Positions 45,466 to 59,863 of a DNA stretch of 64,000 nucleotides are shown here, one piece after another. The notes below the pieces were generated by a model. It had not been told where the DNA came from, ran no database searches, and saw only the letters and a list, made by a program, of their open reading frames with translations. The stretch comes from Octopus vulgaris (lineage: Eukaryota), in contig OX597814.1 of the NCBI GenBank assembly GCA_951406725.2, forward strand, positions 99,572,001 through 99,636,000. Direction: 5' to 3'. The position numbers and the translations under genes are program-made. Every line of letters begins with the position of its first letter. Within the stretch, counting starts at the first letter, position 1.

Positions 45466-46052
45466 TCATCCTTGACAAAAAGAAGATCTTGTGCAACTGA
45501 AACCCGAGTGTCTCTTTGATCAGCTGAAAGCGGTTTTGGAAGATGTGCGTCTCATACCAAAATCTTCAGTGATAATGAACTGAACTGAACCGTAACTAAT
45601 CTGCACCTCCTCTAATAACTCATGGATGGTGATTCGACGAATTCTCCTCACAGCTGCACGCATAACTGCGATGTTTTTCTTAGTTCTGCTAGTTGCGGAT
45701 CTCCTAGAACTTTCGTCAATATCCACATTTTTTGGCCATCTTGGAAACGTCTGAACCACTCGTACACTTGTGAGCTGCTCATACACTACTCTTCATACAC
45801 TTTCTGCAACTTTGCATAGGCCTCTGAGCAGGTTTCACTATGACAACTTTCTCTGTCATGGTGAATGCGACGATCACATGCTACGCACCTTCCTTCCAAA
45901 CACTGCTGTTAACAGCATAGGTAAGCTCGAACGTTAACGCTTTGTGCACAAGCACAGCAAAGTGCGAAGTCAATCTTTCCCAAGCAGCTTCACTCTGCAT
46001 ACTTTAGCTTCGTTAAATTCGCAACAGTCCGGATACTTATTGATCAGACCTA
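45466..46052 (-). mobile_element. Degenerate mariner 5' half
   Basis: TIR-like TA-CTAGGTCTGATCAATAAGTATCCGG on the minus strand; RRITIHELLEEVQISYGSVQFIITEDFGMR HTH segment. Confidence 0.75.
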
Positions 46053-46591
46053 GTATATACTATAATTATTTCCAAGCTAGTGACAATTTTGTGGTAGCGG
46101 AATATATAGAAAATATAGAAAAATTAAAATGAAGGATATTTTGGGATCATCTTTTTCACAGGAAAGCCAAAGGAAGAAGAAGCCAAATATGAAGGCAAAC
46201 ACAAAAATTTATGAAAGTCTACAGAACAATAGAGGTATTTTTGTCTTCAGTCCTACTGCTCACTTAATCTTTGTGCATGCAAGTGTCTTCTCGTGTAATC
46301 CTTGGTCGACCAATCCCTTGTGAATGTATAAGATGGACGGAAAGTTGTGAAAGGCCATCATACATACATACATACATACATACATACATACATACATACA
46401 TACATACAAGTATTTTGGTGGTGGCAGCCAAATTTGAACAGTCTCAAGTGTAACTGACCGAAATTATAAGGATAATTTGGTAACCGTAGGTTTTTTTTTT
46501 GTCTGCCTCCGCATCGTCTATGTGTCCGGATGTTTTATTGTCGTCTGTTGCGTTCTTGTTCTTTTATATATATATATACACACCACACACA

Positions 46592-46765
46592 CACGAAGAG
46601 TTGCTGGAAAATTCCTGGCTTTAATGGTATCGCGAATGGCCTGGTTGGAGGCCAAACCTTCTGATTTCTTTTATAGGGATTAGAAAAACTGGAGGACAGC
46701 TGCAAGTAGTGTGTGAGTCTGTGAGGGGGAATATTTTGAATATAGTCATAATTAACTGATCCTGC
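46592..46765 (+). mobile_element. Internally deleted mariner derivative
   Basis: TIR-like CGAAGAGTTGCTGGAAAATTCC joined to a transposase C-terminal remnant (KLEDSCK*CVSL*GEYFE). Confidence 0.5.
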
Positions 46766-48279
46766 AGTGCCCCAGCATAGCTGCAGTCAAATGATTGAAA
46801 CAAGTAGAAGACAAAAAAAAGGCAAAACAAAATTAAAACGCTAATGGATAAATTATTTGTTTGAATGACGAAAACAAAATGAGAAATAATGGAAAACTGG
46901 ACATCTGTTTCAAAAAGTGAAGAAACAAGTAACGGAATTTCACGGAATTAATATAAAACTAATGAATCTATTGAGAAAACGGCTCAAAGATAATGGTTAA
47001 GTGGAATGATAAAGTAGAAAATAAAACGAAGAAAGAAAGATAGGAAAGAGTAAGAAATTTAGGAAGAACGGTAAAGAATAAAAAGCGAAAATGGAAGGAA
47101 TGAAAAGCAGAAGACTAAGAAAGAGGAAAGAAAAGAAAGCAGAAAGGAATGGAAAGGAAAATGAGAGGGAATGAGAAGAGACAAAAAAGAAAAAAAACAT
47201 GGAAGGTGTAAATAAATAAAAGGAATGAATTAGTGAAGACAAAAAGGAGTGGAAATTTAAGAGAAGATAATAAACGGATAAGTAATCGTGAAAACCATAA
47301 GAAGAATAAAGAGAAAAGTGTAAAGCAAAAAGCGTTGGTAAGAACGACAAAATGAATGAAATGGAAAGAATGAAGAAAGAAAACAAGGAAGGTACAATTA
47401 AAATAGAATGAATTGGGAAGACAAAATAGTGCTATGTATTAAAGAGAAGAATGAATGAAAACATAAATAAATAAATAAAGGGAGAAAGAAAGAAAATATA
47501 AAAAAACTATGGAATGAAAGATGGGAACTAATAAGAAGAAACGAATGAAAAAAAAGGCAGAAGGAAGTCACAAATTAAATAGAATGAATGAATTAGCGAA
47601 GCAAAAATTGAACAGAAATTTTACACAAAAAATATATATAAATTTTAAAGGTTTCTTATTTGTTTATAATGGTAAGAAAAAAATATATATATACATAGTG
47701 AAAATCAAAAGCACAAACAATAAAAGCTGAGAAGATTGATAATATTCGCTTTTACTTAAATGACTGAGCATCAATTTGCAGGGCTCGTTTATGTAATTAA
47801 ATATAAAATTAATTTTTAACAGGGAAGAGTTTAATTTCATTAAACTTTGGTAAATAATTGAAAGCAACACAGCGCCTGAAAGAAGAACTGTAATAGTTAA
47901 TCACATGAGCAAGAACATTAGATGTGATGGTGATGGTGGTGGTGGCGGCGGTGAGGGAAGAGGGAGACGCAAAGGAGGAGGAGGGAGAACGAAAGAGAGA
48001 TAAAGAATGAGATGAAGTGAGACAGAGAGAGATGAAGAGAGAGAGAGAGGGGTAGATGAAAAGATAAATAGAGGGAGAGAGAAGGAGCTGATCAATAGGG
48101 TGTTTAATAAGTAGTTATGGTAAGAACGAATGACGTGCAAGAAGGAGAAGCGATGGTGAATTTTTTTTTGTGGTGGTGGCGATTATCGAATACTTGGAGG
48201 AAAGTAAATTGATGTTACTAGTGAAAGGAAGGTTGGAAGAATGAAGATGGTCTAAAATTGAAATAAACAATAATTTATA

Positions 48280-48873
48280 CAGTAATCCCTCGACTATCGC
48301 AGGTATTACGCTCCCCAACCCCATTGATAAGTAAAAATCTGAAAAGTAGAAACAGTACTGTACCGTATACCTTATTTATTATGTTTATAATCTATATATA
48401 TAAAGCTGAAGTTGTCTGTGTGTGGCAGGTTTGGTAGCCTTCAACTAACATTATCTCCTCCGAGACCATGCAGTGCAAGTTGACCAAAATTGAGAGTATG
48501 ATAGAAGAAGGCTTGCTCTTCATTTCATAGGGGCTAAAATTCAGATCGGACCATGTTAACACCAAAAATTATTTACATCAAAAAGGTGCATTTTTTCTTT
48601 GAAAATCTCTATTTTTTACGATATTTTGACTGCTGTGTCGCCATTTTTCATTGTATTTCAACCAGAAAAATGTTCACTTAAAGAGAATAACAAGCTACAT
48701 AATGCAAAAATTCCAATTCTAAAGGGTCGAAACAAACCCAAGCAACGCCGGGCGATACTGCTAGTTTATCATAAATGCAAAACAATACCACGGAGGAATC
48801 GACGTAAGCTTAAATAATAAACCACGATAGGTGAACCGTGGTAAGTGAACCGCGATATGGCAAGTGATTACTG
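48280..48873. mobile_element. Tigger/pogo-like MITE
   Basis: TA-CAGTAATCCCTCGACTATCGC ... GCGATATGGCAAGTGATTACTG-TA imperfect TIRs. Confidence 0.7.
48391..48764 (+). mobile_element. Non-autonomous Helitron nested in the MITE
   Basis: A|TCTATATATATAAAG ... GCAACGCCGGGCG GC-rich subterminal hairpin, then CTAG|T. Confidence 0.75.
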
Positions 48874-49355
48874 TATTATAAATAGAGGAGAGAAAGTGTG
48901 GCTGGGAGAAATAGAAGTTAAAGTGGAAGTTGCTTTGAGTGTTACATACGTGAGGTGTTAAGAGAAGGAAGTGAATCAGAGCAGTCAGAAAGAAGAGAGT
49001 TAATAGAAAATTGAACTGTTAGAATAAGTGATTGAGATTAAGATAAAGTGTATAGGTGAAAGTAGTGGTGGGTGGGGTGAAGAGAAACATACAGGTGGAG
49101 TAAAAGAGAGAACGAGTGAGAAAAAGTAAAAAAGAAGAGGAAGCTATGTAAAGGGAAATAGTTTCAAAGCGAGTATTAGAAGGAGAGAAGTAAGAGGACA
49201 TGACATTTATAGAGAGAATGAAGGGGAGAGAGACGGGTAAAGATAAGGAGAGAAGTCTGAGAAGTGAATGAAACGAACTGGTAGATGAAATGGAAATATC
49301 AAACAGCATAGTATGGGAGATTTTAAGAGAAAACTATAGTTGATAATACGATGAA

Positions 49356-49426
<71 letters not shown>

Positions 49427-50194
49427 ATGAAAGAAAGAAGGAAAAAAAGAAAAAAGAAAAGAAAGAAAGAAGGAAACAAAGAAAAAAGAAAGAAAGATAA
49501 AAGAAAAGAAAGGAAGGAAGAAAGAAAGAAAGAAAAAAAAGAAGGAAAGAAATAGTAAGACAGACAGACCAACAACATTTCACTGATTAGTTTCGATCCT
49601 CAAGGCTTCTTTTTCAAATTCCGATAAACGTTGAATCTCTGCTAGATCAATAAACAAAGAACCAGTATCGTCATTGCAATTATTTTGTTCGGTTCTATCT
49701 TTAAAGTAATTAGATTTGTATATAAGTAAAAATAGAAAAGCAGGAACTGTAAAATGGAGCTGAGAAAGAACAAAAATAAAAGAAGTAATTATTAGAACAT
49801 CTTGCCGGCAAAGTAGGGTTTGATAATAGGGTCAAAGATGTTGACAAAGTCCCAGATGTTCAAGAAAGTTTATTTTATATACATTTATTTGTAAGAAACC
49901 CCGGAGTTAAGTAAAACAAAATGAATCTTAAATCAAACAATGAACTAAGAGCAGTTGAAAACAAAACAATACCAAACGAGGATTTAGTGCAGATCTTGCG
50001 ACCGTGTTTTCTGGTTTACCAGTGGTAGAAAAAAAAAGGGTAAGCTATAAATGAGGCCAGAGAAATGTGAAAGGTTGACGGTTGATTCTGGTTCGAAGAA
50101 CTGAAGAAAACATTATGATTCTAAACTCACGTCACTAGTAAATCGTAGAATTAGATCTATAGGCCCCGGTTTTACTGTATGGTTTAAAAAAGCT

Positions 50195-50600
50195 CACTTT
50201 GGAAGCACGGGCTTAGTTCCACTGCGTGACACCTCGGTCAGATGTCATCTACTATAGCCGTGGGCCAATCAATGTCATGTGAGCGAATTTGGTAACTGTG
50301 CAGAAGACCGTCGTATATGTGTGTGTCTGTGTGTCTGTGTGTCTGTGTGTCTGTGTGTCTGTGCGCCTGTGTGTCTGTGTGTCTGTGCGTCTCTGTGCGT
50401 TTGTGTATGTGTTTGTCAGACCACAGCTTGACAAACGGTATTGCTTTGTTTACTTCCTCGAAACTTAGCGGCTCGGCAAAAGAGACGTTATAATGAGTAC
50501 CAAATTTTAAACAAAAACATAAGTATTTGAGTTCATTTATTTGATTAAAAGGCGATGCTGCATAATGGTAGAGCAAATGCATTATACAGTAATCCTGCAA
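50195..50600 (+). mobile_element. SINE (family 1), degenerate
   Basis: CCACTGCGTG, CTACTATAGCC and AACTTAGCGG.TCGGCAAAAGAGAC blocks. Confidence 0.6.
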
Positions 50601-50785
50601 TGAAAGTGAACTGGCTGGCTTATGCAGCTTGTCGATGAGTTAAAGTTTACTTTTGCTATATATCATATATTCCTGTATTGTAAATTGTGATGGGAGTTTG
50701 ACTTAAATGAAATAGTTTATTATGGGACGAATGTTATTGCCAGATATTGTATACAAAGTAACAGACTGTTAGAAAGTAACAGACA

Positions 50786-50914
50786 TACTCTTTTACTCTT
50801 TTACTTGTTTCAGTCATTTGACTATGGCCGAACGTTACGGGGGCGTAAACACACCAGCATCGAATGTAAAGCGATTAGGGGGACAAACACAGACACGCAA
50901 ACATACACACACAC

Positions 50915-50946
<32 letters not shown>

Positions 50947-51128
50947 GTATATATATACATATATACGACGGGCTTTTTTCAGTTTCCCTCTACCAAATCC
51001 ACTCACAAGGCTTTGGTCGGCCCGAGGCTATAGTAAAAGACACTTGCCCGCGGTGCCACGCAGTGGGACTGAACCCAGAATCATGTGGTTGGTAAGCAAG
51101 CTACATACCACACAGCCACTCCTACGCC
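50786..51128 (-). mobile_element. SINE (family 1) with complete head and an internal deletion
   Basis: Minus strand GGCGTAGGAGTGGCTGTGTGGTATGTAGCTTGCTTACCAACCAC. Confidence 0.85.
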
Positions 51129-52246
51129 TACATGCTCATTTTCTTGACTGTTTTATATTAATTCTTATTAGGCAACATATATACAAATGTTTCAATTGCA
51201 ATGAAATGTCTAACGAAAAATAAGGTTCAGTTCTATAGTTTTCAACATGTAAACCTAAATTACATTTTGTTTTGTAGTATGTATTTATGAAGAATATGAA
51301 CGATCGAGTGGTTAGGGATGCATATTACTTGAAACTGAATCGACAGATCGGATGTTCGGATGTTCGAATCCCAAAATTGATCTCCATATGTGGCCCAAAA
51401 CATTTAATTTCCAAACGTTTCTGTTCATGTAACAAATAATGTTACAATAGAATTGTGGTAAGTTGATTTTCAAGTCAGATTCCGTTCTGTTACTATTAGT
51501 TTAAGCCCTCTAACCGAGCGATCTCTTTTATCAACGCAATTTCATTCATGACCATCCCGTCTCATTTATGGTTTTCAGAAATATACTATCGAATGAATCA
51601 TTTTATTATACAAGATGACCACGGTATGAGTTAAGAGATATTTAAGTATTTCTCGCAGATTGAAAGACTACTTCATTACTCCTGACTAGCAGCTTTGTAA
51701 AACTGACAAGTGACTTGCTCAAATCTTTTTGAAGAAAGAAGATTACTTCTACTAGATCTGGAACTCCGTCCGTTACTACGAGGAGTGTTCTAGTTGAACC
51801 GATCAACGGAACAACCTGCACGCAATATTAACGTGCACGTGGCTGAGCACTCCACAGACACACGGAAACTTAACGTAATGCATTCAGCATGACACAGAAT
51901 GTAATAAGGTTGACACTCTGAAATTCTATGTAAGGAATATATATTTTTTTTAGCCAAGACTCTGAAGAGGCTAATATGTATTGATGGGAATTTTCTTATG
52001 AGATTCACAAATTGGTGGCTTTATATGTGGTTTTTAATAATGTTTATGTTATATTATAAAATATATTTTTACAGTATATTATATTATAATGTAAATAAAC
52101 TTTTAGTTTGTCAATTGTATTTCTCTATTTCATTTAATATTTGTATACTGTAATTATACCCTTTTATCTGTGGTATCCAACGGTTGTACCAGTGAGAATT
52201 GGATGTGTTTACACCCCTTTAAAGGAATTGTTTTTCCTTCGTTTGA

Positions 52247-52304
<58 letters not shown>

Positions 52305-52306
52305 AA

Positions 52307-52374
<68 letters not shown>

Positions 52375-52759
52375 CTGTGCTGTTTCTGTTTTTGCAGTTG
52401 TTGATGTTGCTGTTTTTGTTATTTTTGCTCTCGCTGGTTCGTTGGTGTTGTTGCTGCCATTGTTGTTATTGTTTCTGTTATCGGTGCTGCCGATGTGTGA
52501 ATTGAGATAAGACAAACTACCACTATTCACTTTCATAGTCATTTCCCCACTAAAATGTCATACACTGCGATGGCTGTCATCTTGATTTTAAACATTAAAA
52601 TAAATGAGATGGTAACACTTTTGTTGTAAGACAGGCGCTCTTTAGAGCTGTTGCTTATTGTGTAGTTCTTTACATATTGAAGTAGGGGTCCTCATTTAAC
52701 CAAAAAACAAATAATAACAACAGCAACAACAACAACAACAACAACAATAATAATAATAA

Positions 52760-53325
52760 AGACCTTGATGCAGTAACGGGCGGTGGCTCTCCTGGCTTCT
52801 GATCTTAACTGATTGGAAAGTGTTATCATACGCATTGTTTTGTCTTGGTATAAAAGATGGGCTACAACAAATATTCTACCCAGTACCACAAATTTGCTTG
52901 TAAGTTGTTTGACCGTAACCAGTTGAACATGTCCCTCAGTGACTGATATGTGCATGTCTGATAACAAGCAGAAGTAGTGGGGGGGCGTCATAGCCATGTG
53001 TTGCGAGGAATTCTTTTGGGTTTGAATAATTCACCTCTGGAAACATAGGTATTTTATTCATCATCCTTAAACAAACCATTATCCAGGGACCTTTTGAGCG
53101 GGATGGGCTAGTCGATCTGAAAAAATTGCAACTGGGCCTCCACCTGCAAGGTTATCCGCCGTTTATCTTGATATGAGATCACCATGTCTTGCACATATGG
53201 TTGTGATGCATATGCCTGGTGTACCCTTATCAGACGGGTAGTCATGATGGGCATACTGGGCTTCGTATATTTGTACCCCAGTATCACTTTAATGGCATGC
53301 GCTGCTCTCTCACTCAATATTAATA
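52760..53325. repeat. Interspersed repeat, unclassified
   Basis: Shares sequence with 2770-2970; flanked by trinucleotide tracts. Confidence 0.5.
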
Positions 53326-53339
53326 ATGATCCTTTGTGC

Positions 53340-53525
53340 TACAGGCACACTCACTGAAAACGGGAATAGTCGATTATAACGACCCGCTCCCAGTGCTGAA
53401 ATGGTACTGAATCCATCGAATCCGAAAGGATGAAAGGCAAAGTCAACTTCCGCGGAATTTGAACTCTGAATGCATTGATTGACGAAATGATGCTCAGTTC
53501 TGTGTGCTAACGATTCTTGACAGCC
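53340..53525 (-). mobile_element. SINE (family 3), degenerate
   Basis: CCGAAAGGATGAAAGGCAAAGTCAAC...GGAATTTGAACTC is the reverse complement of the family-3 domain and B box. Confidence 0.6.
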
Positions 53526-53687
53526 ACAAAATGTAAAGCAACATTAATATTTTTTTAAAAATGTGATCGCAATATTCACAGTGAAAGGAACACCGAAAGA
53601 GATGACGCAGATGAAGAGACAACGACAATAATGATAATGATAATGATGATTATGATGCTGATGATGATGATGATGATAATGATGAAA

Positions 53688-53719
<32 letters not shown>

Positions 53720-53950
53720 GATAATGATGATGACGACGATGATCTGGTCATGATGATGATGATATTGAAGCGTAACAAGAATGAGAAAGTGTAATAATAG
53801 TAATAATACATCTTTCCTTGCTACTTGTTCTATCATTTTCCCCTATTCTCTGTGTGTCTAATTGACAGACTAATTTGGAAGAAGAAAGCATAGGAGGGGG
53901 AAGGGAAGCAGGAGAAGCATAATATAATTGTTGTAAAGTCTTCCTTACAT

Positions 53951-54008
<58 letters not shown>

Positions 54009-54982
54009 AATGTATGCATGTATGTATGTATGTATATATGTATGTATTTGCTCGTTGCAGACCACCCAGTTAATTGGTGGCATTGAAGTAAAATAGTAAC
54101 GTCGCCTTCACTTATTAACCTGCATCATTGACATTATGCTTTTCCTTCTTTGACAGGATAACTTCATCCGGATATTCTTCCGTCTTTTTAAAAAGCTACC
54201 ATTTCAGTTTTCATGATGTGTCTACCACGTCTACCTTCCCATTACCGTCAAACATCAGTTAGAAAACAGAAGCATCAGTTAAAACAACAGAGGCACGGTA
54301 ACGTATCACACCACGCCGACATTTTTTTCAAAATAATCACACTTATCGATTATTCAGTTTTTGTTATATTTCCCTCTCTCTTTTATATATCTATTTTTCA
54401 TTCAGATATTCGTTTTCTTACTTTATTTTCTTCCTTTTTTTATTTTATCTTTCTTTTCCTATCTCCATCATCATACAAGCATCTCATATTAGACTTGACA
54501 TAAATACGCAAGCTAATTCCATAGGCCAAACTCTAAACGGCTCCAAGAATCTTTCTCAGAAGTAGCTTCCATACAAGTTTGCTTGATTGTTTTGTCATGT
54601 TTTTCGTGGTTCAAATTGATGGTAGTGTTGTTGCTGATGTTGATTGATGATGATGATGATGATGATGATGATGTTGCTGCTGTTTCTGTTTTTGTTGTTT
54701 GTGTTTATGTTGGTATTGCTTTTTGTTGTCTAAAGATTTTAAGTTCTTAGAATTTATTTATACGCGTGCATGTACCCATGTATGTGAATGCGTATATACA
54801 CATATGGATTCGTATAAAGATATACAAATACACACACGTAAACACGCATGAATACACACACACACACATATCCATTCATTGAATGAACAGAATGAACAGA
54901 CATTTATATACGCATGTATGTATATATATATGTGTGTGTATACACGCACACACACATATCTATCTATCTATCTATCTATCTA

Positions 54983-55154
<172 letters not shown>

Positions 55155-55189
55155 TGCACGTGTGTGTGTGTATCTATATATATACACAT

Positions 55190-56597
55190 TTAGGGCTGGT
55201 TCGACAGTTTCAAGAAGAGGACTGGTGTTCATAGCGTCGTCAGTTATGGAGAAACAAAAAGTTCTGACACGAAGTCAGCTGAGGATTTAGTGCGTGAATT
55301 CCGTCAGCTCATTAGCAGCTGAGGGGTATGTCACACAACAGGCATTCAACTATGATGAAATTGGCCTTTTGCGGGGAAAAAATGCCCAGAAGAACCTACA
55401 TGACTGCAGAGGAGAAGAAATTGCCAGGCCACAAGCCTATGAAAGATAGGATAATTCTCGCTCTTTGTGCTAATACGAGTGGGGTCTTGAAGATTAAGCT
55501 ACTCCCTGTCTATCATTCCGAAAACCCACGAACGTTCAAATCACACAAAATTTTGAAGGAGAAGCTGCAGTTAATGTGGAAGGCAAACGTTAAAGCCTGG
55601 GCCACAGGCAACTCTTCACCGAGTGGGTCAACCTTATCTTCTGACCAGCAGTGAAAAAGTACCTTCTGGAGAAGGATCTTCCTCTCAAGGCCCCTCTCAT
55701 CCTCGGCGATGCTCCTACTCACCCCACTAACTTGGATGAATTTAAATTTATAAAAGTACTATACCTTTCACGCAGCATCACCTGTCTTGCAGCCCTTGGA
55801 CCAACAAGTGATTTCTAATTTTAAGAAATTGTACATCAAACACCTGTTTTGTCGGTGCTTTTAAGTCACCGAAAACACAAATCTAACCATTCGTGAATTT
55901 TGTAAGGAACACTAAAACAGTTTTTTGTTTCGCCCTTATCAAACCTAGCCAGGCTCTTGGGCCCGGTTTCCCGGTTTCTGTGACGCATGTGTTCCCCCCA
56001 GCTTGACGCAGCGTTACTCAAGAAACAGGAAGAGAGAGTGAGAGAAAGCTGTGGCGAAAGAGTACAACGGGTGTCGGTACCACCCCCTGCCGGAGCATCG
56101 TGGAGATTTTAGGTGTTTTCGTTCAATAAACACACACAACGCTCGGTCTGGGAATCAAAACCGCGATCCTCCGACCACGAGTCCGTGCCCTAACCACTGG
56201 GCCATTGTGCCTTCACACTAAAAGTGTTAACTGTCTGAAAATCATCAATATGGCCTGGCAGGATATAACGAGGAGAACACTGAATTCTGCGTGGTGGAAA
56301 CTGTGGTCTTACTGCGTATCCGACAACAGATGAACTCCTGCAGCTTCAGGAGCAGCAGCATTCGGATGTGGTGGAAGAAATTGGTTCTTCGGAGGAGGAC
56401 ATTGTAGTAAAAAAGGCTATCTCTAGGAGGACAGTGTAGCAGAAAAGGCTATCTCTACAAGATGACGGAAAGAGTTATATATATAAGGATTAATTATATT
56501 TTGATTAATTTCAATGGCAAAAATTGATTTGTAGAACGAGTAAATTGTAAAACGAGCACGGTCATGGAATGAATTAAACTCGTACTGCGTGGTATCA

Positions 56598-56600
<3 letters not shown>
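55190..56600 (+). mobile_element. Tigger/pogo (CENP-B-like DDE) transposon remnant, 3' portion
   Basis: KMPRRTYMTAEEKKLPGHKPMKDR..L.LCAN.SG..K.K...VYHSENPR; 3' TIR ...CGTGGTATCACTG-TA. Confidence 0.85.
55918..56214 (-). mobile_element. tRNA-derived SINE inserted in the Tigger remnant, 9-bp TSD
   Basis: TSD ACACTAAAA at 55909-55917 and 56215-56223; head TGGCCCAGTGG ... GGTTTTGATTCCC. Confidence 0.8.
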
Positions 56601-56643
<43 letters not shown>

Positions 56644-58644
56644 GTACAATTCGTGTCGTAATAACATGCATTTGTTTCTTAATTGCAATGCAGATCCTCA
56701 TATACGGTCACAATCAATCGCAACATCCAGTACATATCATGATTAGCCAAAGATAACCAAAGCACTGGGGTTCGGTTTCTCATCGTTTATGGTTATTCGC
56801 TGTTCTCTCCCGCTTTACCTATGAAATACTTGCTAGTATTGATTTTACTGATGTGAGAACGTGATTCACCTTATAATATTTTCATCCTAATATCTCTCTA
56901 TCATAATAAAAGCAGAAGTTTTAGTTTTTGTATATGTCTCAGAAAAGAACAAAAAGGGAAAATTTTGCAAAACCACAGAAAATTTCTTTGGAGAATGATT
57001 TAATCAAAGAAGGAGTAAACAAAAATATCATAGCTGCGTTTTTAAAAGAAATTAGTAGTGCTCTTTCTAGCAACCTTTGAAACGGCCATTGGAAGCGGCC
57101 TTTGCATGAAAGTGTGCGCGATTTTTCCCAATTGAAATGGTTAATTGCTATGATACCGTCTATTGCACTTTCAAGAATAGAGATGAGCTAAAATGTCGGC
57201 TCAAATAGTTGGACATGCCTCTGTTAATATAATTGTGTTCCAGTATATGATGCGGGGAAATACAAAGATAGGAATAAAGGGCATTTAAAACGATATGGAT
57301 TCATGGTTGGTCCTCATTTCTCCACTATACTATGACTAGTAATGCTGACAAGACATCAAATGTGGATAAATATCAGGATTATGTCGGATCTGTTCTCATT
57401 TTAGGGTGCCGATACAATGTGTATAAGACTGATGCTGCAAGACAAAAGGCCCATTTCCATCACCTGCTATAGTAGCAAACACTTCAGAGCGCCAGAACCC
57501 GAAGAACTGAAAACAATTGGAAAGAAGGCGTGTAAGTAAACCAACGAAAATATCTGTTAACAGCAGGTGCCAGTAACACCACTTCAATATTTTTGACAAG
57601 GGTCAATGTTTGAAGAGGGGAATAATTAAGGTAAAACATGGAAGGAGTAACAAGGAGAAAAGTCACCAGCTCCAGGAAACAAAAGCAAATGAGGAGCGAC
57701 ACTCTTCTCAAATCATAATTTGGGCCTCTTCTCTGAGTAACGATAAAGACGATGACAAGGAAGACTATGAAATGAAACCCATCATCCTTCAAAGATCAAA
57801 CCAACCGATAATTAATAACATCTCTTATCTGTAGTGCCAATGATACACCGGTGATTTAATAATGAACTCACGCTGGGATTTAGGAGACCAATTTGGGTTG
57901 AAACGTTACAAAGATTTTACAACCAACTAAAACCGAATTACCCTGGAAACCTGGGTAGCTACCTACACTAAATAACTGAAAAACGCTAACGGGAATTTTT
58001 GCAACAGCAACTAAATGAGCAATAGGAGAGTGCACACAATCGACCTAATCAATAGTTTCGCATCTTATTTCCTTGGAAATTCAAAATGTTTTGCATGTTT
58101 TATTTCCGCTTTAGCTTTCTGTGCCTAAATTAATGAGTGTTTTCTGTATATTTTTCATTAACTTTTATAAGATTGCTAGTTATATAAAATTTTACTTGTT
58201 TCCCATTTTGATTATGTAACGTTTTATAGCTCTGGATATTTCAGACCTACCCAATACAAGTTTGCAAGACTTCCGTTCTAGTAATACAGTCAAGCTTATT
58301 ATTATTACTATTGTTACTATTACTGTTATTGCCATTAGTAATATATATTGACTTCACTTACATCTACTGTTGCAATACTTTGACAAATAAATGCTTTATA
58401 CGTAATACACACTAAAATACATACACTCCCCCTGTTCGGCAACGGAATGCGTTGGAATATGTAACTGACTTTGAAAGTAAGTACTGGGTCTGATTCGTTC
58501 GTCTCAAAGCCTTCAAAGTGGTACCCTATCATTGTTGTAGCCCATGTCTGAAACAGATAAAAAATGAAAAAATATGTGTGTATGTATGTTCCTATCCATC
58601 TACATCACACACACATACATACATACAGACATACATATATACAC

Positions 58645-58695
<51 letters not shown>

Positions 58696-58791
58696 CATAC
58701 ATATACATATACATATACATACATACATACATACATACATACATACATACATAATATATATATATATATATATATATACATACATACATAC

Positions 58792-58852
<61 letters not shown>

Positions 58853-59170
58853 TTAACAAGCTTAAATTTTGTATGTTTAGTTTACATTCAACGCAGTTGC
58901 CGTATCTGTTTCTTCCCATATATCTTCTTAAGTCCCTTATTATTATTCAAGTCCTTGCCACTTATTTTTTAAATCACTCATTCCGCGCCGTCTTCCATAT
59001 TTTAATCTGTTTATTTTATAATTACTTCTCTCAGTCTTATTCTTTCTTTCAATCTTTATTTTTCTCGTTGATTATTTGTCACTCTTTGTCTCTTGTTCGT
59101 ATCTTACATCGTATTTCTCATTTTTTTCTGTTTGCCTTTCCTCTCATCCTCTAACGTAATACACACTCGT

Positions 59171-59202
<32 letters not shown>

Positions 59203-59359
59203 GAATAATCTTGTAGTAGATTAATCAAAAGTTTAACCGATACCTTAGTAGCAAAAATCACGGCAGTAAACAGCACGGTTGGAGGTACAACCATCTGGCG
59301 TTGCAACCGTGCGTTGGTGCGGATAATTGAAATTAAAACATTATTGGTGAATTGAAGAA

Positions 59360-59863
59360 ATGGAGCTGAACGCAGTGGAAAATAGAGTAGTAAGCGGCTG
59401 CAGGTCTCGGAACGAATATAGTGACAGGAACGCAGTTCTAATTTCAGAAACTAATCCTAGCAGATTAAGATTCACGTCGGCGAACTCCAAGATCAAAAAC
59501 GCCGTCTACCAATGCAAGGTTTACACGGACTCAGATGCCTTCACTTATGTAGGGGCATCATCCTCAAGATTGTCTTTGCGTGTCTCCAACCATTACGCAA
59601 CTTTTCGGGACGTGAACAAGCGCCAGACCACGGGACTCAGTAAGCTAATATGGCGACTGAAGGATGCGAACTTAAGCTATAGGCTGGAATGGTCAATTTT
59701 GTCGGTGGCCCTCCCATTTGATAGGGGCAGAAGACAGTGCAACCTTTGTGTCTCCGAACTCTTCCATATTTTGTTTGCCAGAGGCCGGATGGTAAACGGG
59801 CTTTTACAGTCGGCTTTTCGATGCCCCCATTGGCGGCGTTACACTTATCTGGCCTTTAAATAG
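59360..59863 (+). pseudogene. PLE GIY-YIG endonuclease C-terminal domain (Naiad-like by motif recall)
   Basis: AVYQCKV, YVGAS, R..NH..TF, TGLSKLIWRLK, W.IL..A.PF, CNLC..E, RCPH. Confidence 0.8.

Noticed and set aside
54157-54297. Possible exon (TTTGACAG|...|GTAACG) containing MMCLPRLP
   Set aside because: Cannot be supported without transcript data
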